IMG/VR virus record: IMGVR_UViG_2667527918_000004 | Length of the DNA stretch: 8,883 nucleotides | Reading direction: 5' to 3' (one strand) | From: a virus | Taxonomy: Duplodnaviria; Heunggongvirae; Uroviricota; Caudoviricetes | Shown: positions 1 to 6,636 of the stretch, piece by piece | How the letters are laid out: every line of letters begins with the position of its first letter | Position numbering within the stretch: position 1 is the first letter of the stretch | Translations under genes and position numbers: made by a program | Notes under the pieces: model-generated | Seen by the model: the letters and a program-made list of their open reading frames with translations, nothing else | Database searches by the model: none | Told to the model about the DNA's origin: nothing

Positions 1-12
1 ATTACCACCTCC

Positions 13-414
13 TTAATTCGTGTACGTGATCTGGTACGTGATTTCCGCCATCGCCCAGGTGGCCATCTCATTATCACGTTGATAGTTAAAACCGAGTGGG
101 ATCATGGTGTCGATGAGTCCGGAAAGCACCGGAATATCCTTCATGGCCGGAAATATGGTGTTCTCCATCCACGTATCCAGCTCAGAATCCGGCGCCTGTG
201 CACGGACGAAAACGGCAATATGCAGAACAGCCTGCCAGTCGTCCTCATCCGTCATTTTTCCGGTGTACTGCGCATCACTCAGCCACACCGCCACGGCGGG
301 CAGTTCCTGCGCATCAATAAATGCCGGAAGCCCGTCAAAAAACGTGGCGCTGTCTCCACACTGTTCCCGAAGGCGTGCCAGCACGCTCTGACGGATTTGT
401 GTGTGTCGGTTCAT
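13..414 (-). CDS. U: minor tail protein U (tail terminator), lambda gpU-like
   Basis: 133-aa ORF with motifs shared with lambda gpU as recalled (ATFFDG, PAVAV, PDSELD.WME, ITY near the C-terminus). ATG at 412..414 overlaps the Z stop (ATGA). Position after Z matches lambda order. Confidence 0.85.
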   Translation of the reverse strand: MNRHTQIRQSVLARLREQCGDSATFFDGLPAFIDAQELPAVAVWLSDAQYTGKMTDEDDWQAVLHIAVFVRAQAPDSELDTWMENTIFPAMKDIPVLSGLIDTMIPLGFNYQRDNEMATWAMAEITYQITYTN

Positions 415-998
415 TTACTCAGATGTAACCTCAGTTGTTGTTTCAGGGCATACCCCAGCTGTTTCGGCATTTCCGCAGCAATGATGCGGTCGCGGGCATC
501 TTCAAATGCCTGTGTCAGCGGTCCGGACATCGGGATTTTCACCACATCAATGGGGTAACGATTTTTGCCGTCAATACGCCGCATCACATGCCAGCGACCA
601 TTCGCCAGTTGCTGAATAAACGCATCCCGGAAAAGGTATTTCCCCACTTTCAGTACGCTGCCACGATGACGTGAGTTGCTGCCATGCCGGGAGCGGGCCA
701 GTCTGACCTGTGCGGTACCCAGCTTAATGGCGGGCAGGTTACCCCGGTTAACACGCATGCGGGCATACATTTTTCCTGAGGGGCTGGCTTTAAGCAGCCT
801 GACACGCTCCCTGACCGTTTTCAGGGGAATACCTTTCACCTGGTTATCCCCGGCAACGGTATTCTGCGCAACCTGCCGTGTGGCGACAGAAACAATCTTT
901 GCCGCCACACGGTTTACCGCCCATGCGCTGGTCTGTGGCACCATGCGGGTATCGAGGCTGTTCAGATTGCGGATGGCATTCTCAAGTCCCTTCATCAT
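411..998 (-). CDS. Z: tail completion / minor tail protein Z, lambda gpZ-like
   Basis: 195-aa ORF. N-terminus M(M)KGLE.A..NL and C-terminal block NGRWHVM.R..GKNRYPIDVVKIPM...LGYAL..QLR match recalled lambda gpZ. GAGG lies 5-8 nt upstream of the tandem ATGs at 998/995. Confidence 0.88.
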   Translation of the reverse strand: MMKGLENAIRNLNSLDTRMVPQTSAWAVNRVAAKIVSVATRQVAQNTVAGDNQVKGIPLKTVRERVRLLKASPSGKMYARMRVNRGNLPAIKLGTAQVRLARSRHGSNSRHRGSVLKVGKYLFRDAFIQQLANGRWHVMRRIDGKNRYPIDVVKIPMSGPLTQAFEDARDRIIAAEMPKQLGYALKQQLRLHLSK

Positions 999-1359
999 AT
1001 CGCCTCATTCTGGCATTATTCTGTGGGGCAGGACTGCCCCGCCTTAACCGGATATAACAGCATCCCCCGTCATCCGGAGTAATACGATCCACAAAGAAAG
1101 AATCATCCCCGATAGTTAACGTATCCTGACGGCGTAACTGCGATATATCTGCCGTTTTCACAAACAGGCACGGTGAGGAATCCTCAAGCCGGATCCCCCC
1201 GGCAACAAAAGAAATACTTTCGGGATCATCAAAAACCCCTGTCAGGTGTGTCCCCTCAAGTTCTCCGGACGTAATGACGGCGCTGATCCCCATATCACGG
1301 AGAATGACTTCATTGACACCGGCAAGCGCAGCATCAAACAGATTATCGAAACCGTCCAC
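982..1359 (-). CDS. FII: head-tail joining / head completion protein FII, lambda gpFII-like
   Basis: 125-aa ORF. N-terminus M.GFDNLFDAA and motifs GVFDDPE.IS, QLRR.DTLTIG, PDDGG match recalled lambda gpFII. GTG start at 1357..1359 with AGGAG 7 nt upstream. About 8 aa longer than lambda FII at the C-terminus, overlapping the Z start by 17 nt. Confidence 0.85.
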   Translation of the reverse strand: MDGFDNLFDAALAGVNEVILRDMGISAVITSGELEGTHLTGVFDDPESISFVAGGIRLEDSSPCLFVKTADISQLRRQDTLTIGDDSFFVDRITPDDGGCCYIRLRRGSPAPQNNARMRRYDEGT

Positions 1360-1370
1360 GACATCTCCTG

Positions 1371-1757
1371 TTACTGCCTTTTTGCCAGACCACCTGCCGC
1401 CATGCTGGCAGCCACCTCAGCAGAAACACGAAACGACGTTCCCGGTGAAACAAATATCACTGAACCATTACATTTTGTATGCAGTGTCGCCAGTGCCACC
1501 ACCGTAACCTGCCCCGTTTCGTCTCCGGTAACAATGCCTGGCTGTTCAGGAACTGACTCGCCTTTATGCGCGGTCGGATCATCTTTCGATGGTGAGTACG
1601 TATCCGGCTCTGCGACCTCCCCCGCATCTCCAAGCTCTTCCTCCAGTTCCGCCACTCGCTGCGCAATATCTGCCGCACTACCGGAGACATCCGGTTCACG
1701 CCCCAGCCTCTCAGCCAGCTCACAAAGACGTTTCAGGTTTTCTTCTTTCGTAGCCAT
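1371..1757 (-). CDS. FI: DNA-packaging protein FI, lambda gpFI-like
   Basis: Conserved C-terminal block VTVVAL..LHT......V.PGT.FRVSA.VAA.M...GLA matches recalled lambda gpFI, with an acidic linker region. I place the start at ATG 1755..1757 (MATKEE..., AGGAG 8 nt upstream) rather than the ORF-track start at 1790. Confidence 0.8.
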   Translation of the reverse strand: MATKEENLKRLCELAERLGREPDVSGSAADIAQRVAELEEELGDAGEVAEPDTYSPSKDDPTAHKGESVPEQPGIVTGDETGQVTVVALATLHTKCNGSVIFVSPGTSFRVSAEVAASMAAGGLAKRQ

Positions 1758-1771
1758 ACCCGCTCCTGATT

Positions 1772-1800
1772 GAATGAAAAACGGGAGCATTTAGCTCCCG
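1772..1800 (-). terminator. intrinsic-terminator-like hairpin between E and FI (7-bp GC-rich stem, 5-nt loop, U5 tract)
   Basis: On the minus strand: CGGGAGC-UAAAU-GCUCCCG (1800..1782) followed by UUUUUCAUU (1781..1773). It starts 9 nt after the E stop codon and ends before the FI RBS. Confidence 0.45.
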
Positions 1801-1808
1801 CTCACGGA

Positions 1809-2837
1809 TTATTTCACCTGCACCACCACAAACTCATCCGGATCCGGCAGCACCATCAGCGGCGCGGACTGCGTCATGGTGAATTCACGCGCCGGATCAC
1901 CCACGGTCAGCCAGTGTTTCGGATAACGGGAAGACGCCACCACGCCTTCAGACAATGCCTGCGCATCCTGAATGGCACCGTAGCAACGAATACCCTCTGC
2001 GGCCGTATTTCCCAGTACCAGTGTGCCGTCCGGCAGATAACGTTTTTCGGTACCGTCCTCTGCCACATAGGACGTTTTTGCCACCACGATTGCCAGATCA
2101 CCATAATACCCTTTGAAGGACACCACCGCCCCCAGGTCTTTCACTGCCGTTTCCAGCTGTGAATTTGAGCCACGACGGGTATCCAGTTTTTCGCGGAACA
2201 GCTTAAAGCCATTCAGCAGACGCCAGACCTTACCATCCATAATGGCAATATTGATGGTGCCGGAAGCAAAATCACAGTACGCATCCAGATCATGCGTCGG
2301 ATCAAAGGTATCGCGGTCCTGAGCGCTCCACTCCGTCCCTCCTGCCTGCGTAATGTTATTTCCCACCGACCGGCCAAAATCGACCTCAACAGTTTCAAAC
2401 TGCTCTCCTTCCATGGTGTATTTGCCATACAGCACGGCATTCACCGCCTGCATCTCTTCCACCTGGACAATGGCGTGCTCTTCCTGTTTGAGGTTATCGG
2501 TGATGATACGCAGGCGACGGTAAGCCGGGCCGTTCAGCTGGGCCGGATCTTCACCGGGAAGACGCTCCACCGCCTGCTGGTAATTAAATTCGTGTTTCGG
2601 CTTAACGTAGCCCGGGCGCAGTACACGAGTTTCACCGCCACGGTGACGCAACACCTTTCCTTCAACAACCGGGGAGACATAGGCCGCCACCGGCGTTTTT
2701 CCGGTAATTTTGTCCAGCATTACCTCTTCGGTATGGAAATTCACCGTACGGCGGAAAAACAGCTCCAGAAACAGCGCACGAAATTTAACTTTTTGTTCGG
2801 TATAACCGAGTAACTGGCGGGTCGTAAACAATCCCAT
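1809..2837 (-). CDS. E: major capsid protein, lambda gpE-like
   Basis: 342-aa ORF, near lambda gpE length (341 aa as recalled). Long collinear matches: PGYVKPKHE, AYRR.RII, QVEEMQAV.AVL.GKYTM.GE, NNITQ.GGTEWS, KLDTRRGSNS.LETAVKDLG, LGNT, RYPK.W.T.GDPAREFTM.QSAPLM. ATG at 2837 with AAGGAA about 8 nt upstream. Confidence 0.95.
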   Translation of the reverse strand: MGLFTTRQLLGYTEQKVKFRALFLELFFRRTVNFHTEEVMLDKITGKTPVAAYVSPVVEGKVLRHRGGETRVLRPGYVKPKHEFNYQQAVERLPGEDPAQLNGPAYRRLRIITDNLKQEEHAIVQVEEMQAVNAVLYGKYTMEGEQFETVEVDFGRSVGNNITQAGGTEWSAQDRDTFDPTHDLDAYCDFASGTINIAIMDGKVWRLLNGFKLFREKLDTRRGSNSQLETAVKDLGAVVSFKGYYGDLAIVVAKTSYVAEDGTEKRYLPDGTLVLGNTAAEGIRCYGAIQDAQALSEGVVASSRYPKHWLTVGDPAREFTMTQSAPLMVLPDPDEFVVVQVK

Positions 2838-2894
2838 AAATCAGTTCCTTTCATTCAGAAATCAGTCAGGCTACCGCAGTGACCTGATAAAATG

Positions 2895-3242
2895 TTACGG
2901 CAGCGCTGCGTGACTCAGGGCACTGCCGGCAAAGGCATTCGCCTTTTTGTGTGTATCCACTCTCTCAGGCCAGTGGATGGCCTCCGTCGCAAAGGTCCCC
3001 GACTTGTAATACGTCAGCACCGTCTCTGTACCTTCAAGCGGCAGTACCAGTATGCCAACCACATGGCCTGCCTTCTGTCCGTCCCAGACCACCAGTTTCC
3101 CGGTATCCTCATCCAGCATCAGGGGCGTCAGAGCCGGTGTTGCCGAGGAAATCCCGCTGCAGCCTGTGGCGGTATGGGCCGGATCATTACCGGCAAAAAT
3201 ACGTACTTCCGCACGCTGTTCAGTGATGGTTTTCGTTACCAT
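2895..3242 (-). CDS. D: head decoration protein, lambda gpD-like
   Basis: 115-aa ORF. Motifs DPAHTAT, TPLMLD, KLV.WDG, VGIL, YKSGTF, AFAG match recalled lambda gpD. ATG at 3242 with GAGG about 10 nt upstream. Sits between C and E as in lambda. Confidence 0.9.
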   Translation of the reverse strand: MVTKTITEQRAEVRIFAGNDPAHTATGCSGISSATPALTPLMLDEDTGKLVVWDGQKAGHVVGILVLPLEGTETVLTYYKSGTFATEAIHWPERVDTHKKANAFAGSALSHAALP

Positions 3243-3278
3243 ATTGTAAAAACCTCATATTGATGGTCAGCACTGACT

Positions 3279-4163
3279 TCATGGCATGGCCATGAGCATT
3301 TTCACGTCCGCATCACCGTCTGCTGACGTCTGTGGCACGCCACCCTGTACCGCTGCCGGTGAATGGTTCGCCATGAAATGTTCAAACATGGCGGGTGTGG
3401 GTGGNNNNNNNNNNNNNNNNNNNNNNNNNNNNNNNNNNNNNNNNNNNNNNNNNNNNNNNNNNNNNNNNNNNNNNNNNNNNNNNNNNNNNNNNNNNNNNNN
3501 NNNNNNNNNNNNNNNNNNNNNNNNNNNNNNNNNNNNNNNNNNNNNNNNNNNNAGTTTTTCAGCCTGCGCCTCTGCCCCTTTTGCCTCATCCAGGGCCATA
3601 ATCTGATCACGAAGTGAGGGTCCGGCATTCGCCTGCGGTGAAGCAGCCAGAATCGGACGGGCTTTTTCCACCGTCATCTCCGGCATCGCCGCCAGCGTTG
3701 CCGCCAGTTGTTCACGTCCTTTCGCCTCTTCACATGCCATAATGCGATCGGCTTCACTCTGCGCAGATACACCAGATTGTTGCGGTGCCGCCACGGCCAG
3801 AATCGCCCGGGCCTGCTCAACGCTCATACCCTGTTGCCCTGCCAGCATCGTGGCCAGTTGTTCACGTCCTTTCGCTTCCTGACACGTCAGGATCCCCATC
3901 ACTCGCTGGTTCTCCTGCGCGGCAGCCTCCGTTGCAGTTAATTGCGGCATAGTGCCTCCTGTATCGTGTGTGTTCAGCGTCGCAGCCATCACGCTGATGG
4001 CGTCCGACGCATTGATTAATTCATCCGCCAGTTCGGCCTCAATACCGGACTGACCTTCAAAAACGGCGGCCTCTGTTCCCATAACCGCATCCACAGATAA
4101 ACCGGTATACATCGCCACTTTTTCAGCAAACATCCGGCGCGCCGCATCAATGCGCTGCTGCAT
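3279..4163 (-). CDS. possible nested in-frame scaffolding protein (lambda Nu3-like), translated from an internal start of the C frame
   Basis: Inference from lambda, where Nu3 is the C-terminal third of the C reading frame started internally. Candidate in-frame ATGs at 4161..4163 (M231) and 4131..4133 (M241) lie near the region aligned to the lambda Nu3 start. Neither has a convincing Shine-Dalgarno sequence. Confidence 0.3.
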   Translation of the reverse strand: MQQRIDAARRMFAEKVAMYTGLSVDAVMGTEAAVFEGQSGIEAELADELINASDAISVMAATLNTHDTGGTMPQLTATEAAAQENQRVMGILTCQEAKGREQLATMLAGQQGMSVEQARAILAVAAPQQSGVSAQSEADRIMACEEAKGREQLAATLAAMPEMTVEKARPILAASPQANAGPSLRDQIMALDEAKGAEAQAEKXXXXXXXXXXXXXXXXXXXXXXXXXXXXXXXXXXXXXXXXXXXXXXXXXXPPTPAMFEHFMANHSPAAVQGGVPQTSADGDADVKMLMAMP

Positions 4164-4853
4164 GTCCTGGCGAACCTTTGCTGGCAGGGATTCAAACTGA
4201 TTGCCATCCACCTTGTGCGATCCGGCGTAAATCAGCGTGATATCCACACCGGCCTGTGCCAGATGACCGGCATAGCTGACATGGCCCATCATCACCCCAA
4301 TGGAGCCGATACGGGATGTCTGGGTAACCAGCCGTCGGGAGCAGGCCGATGCCAGTAACATGGCGGCTGAACAGGCCGTGTCATTGCACAGTGCCCAGAC
4401 AGGCTTCAGCTGCCGGAGACGGTAAATCATGTCAGCGCAGTCAAACGCGCCGGTGGCCTGCCCGCCAGAACTGTCAATGTCCAGCAGTACGCCCCGTACC
4501 TGAGTGTCCGCCATTGCCTGCTGAAGACAGGCGACAATGCCGTCATAGCCAGTCATTCCGGAAAATGGCCGCATGCCACCCAGCCGGTGTACCAGCGTGC
4601 CGGTCACCGGCAGTACAGCAATACCGTTCACCACCCGGTAAACACGGGCAGGTCGTTTGCCTCCGGCCATGTACTCGTCCGTTTCAGCCAGCATCCCGGG
4701 AGCGTCAAGCTGTACCTGCTGTTGCGGTACCGAAAGGCTTGCTGCGCCCATCTCACGCCCGAGCGCGCAAAAGAAAACCCGCGCATAGGCGGGCTCCAGA
4801 AGCAGCGGCTCATTGAATGCCGCAGCGATAATATGTGAAAGATTACGTCTCAC
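3279..4853 (-). CDS. C: head maturation protease / minor capsid protein C (S49 peptidase family), lambda gpC-like, with C-terminal Nu3-type scaffold region; interrupted by a 148-N gap
   Basis: N-terminal 300 aa collinear with recalled lambda gpC (AFNEPL.LEPAYARVFFCAL, NGIAVLPV.GTLV, SGMTGY.GI, GAFDCAD.I, KPVWAL.ND..CSA..LLASA.SRRLVTQT.R.GSIGVMM.H, ITLIY.GSHKVDGN, GLADEL.N..DAI.VM). GTG start at 4851..4853 with GGAGA about 10 nt upstream, overlapping the end of B by 11 nt. The reading frame is continuous across the N-run only if the stated gap length is taken literally. Confidence 0.85.
   Translation of the reverse strand: MRRNLSHIIAAAFNEPLLLEPAYARVFFCALGREMGAASLSVPQQQVQLDAPGMLAETDEYMAGGKRPARVYRVVNGIAVLPVTGTLVHRLGGMRPFSGMTGYDGIVACLQQAMADTQVRGVLLDIDSSGGQATGAFDCADMIYRLRQLKPVWALCNDTACSAAMLLASACSRRLVTQTSRIGSIGVMMGHVSYAGHLAQAGVDITLIYAGSHKVDGNQFESLPAKVRQDMQQRIDAARRMFAEKVAMYTGLSVDAVMGTEAAVFEGQSGIEAELADELINASDAISVMAATLNTHDTGGTMPQLTATEAAAQENQRVMGILTCQEAKGREQLATMLAGQQGMSVEQARAILAVAAPQQSGVSAQSEADRIMACEEAKGREQLAATLAAMPEMTVEKARPILAASPQANAGPSLRDQIMALDEAKGAEAQAEKXXXXXXXXXXXXXXXXXXXXXXXXXXXXXXXXXXXXXXXXXXXXXXXXXXPPTPAMFEHFMANHSPAAVQGGVPQTSADGDADVKMLMAMP
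3405..3552. other. assembly gap (148 N)
   Basis: Uninterrupted run of N inside the C gene, directly adjacent to the tandem-repeat region. Confidence 0.99.
3553..3900 (-). repeat. diverged tandem repeat, period about 141-150 nt, at least 3 copies (third copy runs into the N gap); encodes a repeated 47-50 aa unit in the C/Nu3 scaffold region
   Basis: Exact 23-mer gccagttgttcacgtcctttcgc at 3703..3725 and 3853..3875 (150 nt apart). Shared blocks gccataat.{2}gatc and ccagaatcg..cgggc between the copies at 3553..3700 and 3701..3850. Protein repeats ..C.EAKGREQLA..LA......VE.AR.ILA...PQ at residues about 318-367, 368-417 and 418 onward. Confidence 0.85.
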
Positions 4854-6436
4854 GTGATGTTGTCTCCTCTTCCGGCCTGCGACTCTCCGCTATCTGCTGC
4901 TGATACGCCTGGGCTATCCACACCGGACGTGAGAGTCCGGCTTTTTCGCGCTCTGCGGATTCCCTGACCTGCTGGCGGAAAATGTCCTGATAATCTTCGC
5001 CCATCAGTGCCAGTTCTTTCTCATACGTGCTCAGTCCGGCCTCAATGCGCATCACCGATTCCTGGACCTCCTTGAGCCCGTCAATGGCCATTCTTCCGGA
5101 GCTAATCCACTCTGCCCGTGACCAGGCTGAACGCGCCTGGTAAAAATCAAAACGCGCCCGTGGCGGACGAATAATCCCCCGAAGAAGCGCCTCTTCCAGC
5201 CAGCAGGAAAACATCTGCGTGGCCAGCCGGGCCGCAATAAATTTTCGCCGCCCCATAAAATAGCGCCACGACTCATTGGCGGAGGCGCGGGCACTTGAGT
5301 AACTGACCTTCGAGTAATCACGGGACAACTGTTCGTAGGAAACGCCAAGACCGGCTGCAATATACCGCAGCAGCGCCTGTTCAAGCGCCGAAAATCCATT
5401 GTCTGAATCCTGCGCTGTCTGCAGGTTCAGCGCATCGCCAGGAAAAAAGGTGCGGAATTTTAACACCGCCCAGCGTCACGTTATTCGTGTCATACCAGCG
5501 GGTGAACTTCTCCAGAATATTAATAAGCGGATTATCCTGCTGACCTTGCGGTGCCCCCGCGATATATTCAAATGCCTTTTCGGTATCAAGTTCACTTTCG
5601 ATTGTGGCTGCATACATCGCCTTCACAATGGCCGACTGAAGCTGCGTGGCCTGCAGGGAGTCCAGCATCTTCATCCGCTCCATTACGCTGTAAAACTGAT
5701 TAGCCCCACGGGTCTGCCCGTCCTCCACCGGCTCAAAAATATGCAGCATGGCCGGACGCCCGGTGGGAAGCTCACGCGGGATCCGCTCCCAGCGTCCGGC
5801 ACCAGAGAACGGAAAATCATCCTCACAGATATGGTACGCAATCGCCCGCCCATACCGATCGACCTCAACCCCGGCCCGCAGAAAGTGGTTCCCCATACCG
5901 TGTCCTGGCGTGTCCACCCGTTTCGGACTCACGGCTTTAAAACGCGTACGGAATAACTGCGTGGTTTCCGTATCCCAGACCGGCTGCACAAAGATTTCGC
6001 CGTTAAAGGCATGCACGCCCACCCCTTCACGGATAAATTCCGTAAACGTGCGTTTCCCTTCCACGTCGATCTCGCCAAACATTCCTTCTGCGTATTCCGA
6101 CCAGGCTGCTTCCACCTCCCCGACAAAACTTTTTGCCGTGGTCTCCCGCATCCCCAGCCAACGCCAGTTCAGACGGTAGCTGATAAGAAACATGTGCCCG
6201 ACGATATGATCCTTATGCAGGGCCACCGCATTAGCCGCGATACCGTTATTGCGCACCAGATCATCTGCCCGGGCATTCCCCAGACGCAATGCAGGCAACA
6301 GGGCCGCATCGGCACTCTGCGCCGGTGGTAACCACTCTGCCATTTGCCCGCCAAATCCTGCGCCGCCTCCGTTGTAGCTGAGACTCTCACGAAGCGGAAC
6401 GCCGTTCACATCAATCAGGACAGGCGTTCGTTTCAT
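4843..6436 (-). CDS. B: portal protein, lambda gpB-like, interrupted by an apparent +1 frameshift in a T6 run (complement of 5443..5448)
   Basis: Two adjacent minus-strand ORFs (5381..6436 and 4843..5466) are together collinear with recalled lambda gpB: DAALLP, GNARADDLVRNNG.AANA, RTFT..IREGV..HAFNGE.FVQ, VSPKR, FEPVEDGQTRGAN.FYSVME.MKMLD.LQ.TQLQSAIVKAMYAATIESELDT in the first; PGD.LNLQTAQD.DNG, LRYIAAGLGVSYEQLSR, ARASANESW.YFMGRRKF, GRMAIDGLKEVQE.VM.IEAGLSTYEKE in the second. ATG at 6434..6436 overlaps the W stop (ATGA), with GGGAGTGAGG upstream. Confidence 0.85.
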
Positions 6437-6636
6437 AACCTCACTCCCAGCGGTCGGCGGCGTCGGGTCGTACCCAGAACCGACTCCGCATCGTTGATCG
6501 CACGGTTAAGCTCATTCAGGGACGCTGCCGTATATTCGATCCTGCGACCGTCTTTCTGTACCGACACAACCCGTTTACCGGTTAATAAATCAAGGCGCGC
6601 CTGACGCAGCGCCTGCAGTTCAGCGACTGTAACCAT
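6433..6636 (-). CDS. W: head-tail joining protein W, lambda gpW-like
   Basis: 67-aa ORF. Core LL/MTGKRV..VQKDGRR.E.TA.S and RRRR near the C-terminus match recalled lambda gpW (68 aa). The A stop TGA is directly followed by the W ATG (TGAATG), with GGAGGAG upstream. Confidence 0.9.
   Translation of the reverse strand: MVTVAELQALRQARLDLLTGKRVVSVQKDGRRIEYTAASLNELNRAINDAESVLGTTRRRRPLGVRL

Noticed and set aside
1770-2162. Plus-strand 130-aa His/Arg-rich ORF (MNEKREHLAPAHGLFHLHHHK...)
   Set aside because: Lies entirely antisense to the well-supported major capsid gene E. Its low-complexity composition is typical of a shadow ORF on the opposite strand of a GC-rich gene. No RBS or homology support.
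3285-3294. 10-bp palindrome catggccatg at the 3' end of C
   Set aside because: Short, inside coding sequence (MAMP codons), and the kind of palindrome expected by chance at this size. No flanking features.
3553-3900. Tandem repeat considered as a possible CRISPR-like or satellite array
   Set aside because: The period is about 150 nt with no short repeat/spacer alternation. The copies are diverged and in frame within the C coding sequence, so it is a protein-domain repeat.
4349-4816. Plus-strand 155-aa Arg/Pro/Cys-rich ORF, and other plus-strand ORFs (79..558, 676..1047, 1246..1773, 2292..2813, 2892..3263, 5399..5956, 5748..6179, 6696..7049, 7423..7911)
   Set aside because: All are antisense to minus-strand genes with strong lambda homology, have biased low-complexity composition and no recognisable homology. 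Treated as spurious.
4843-5466. Second portal ORF as an independent gene starting at GTG 5464..5466
   Set aside because: Its 'start' is only the first in-frame start codon after a stop. Homology to gpB continues across the junction from the upstream ORF, so it is the 3' part of a frameshifted B, not a separate gene.
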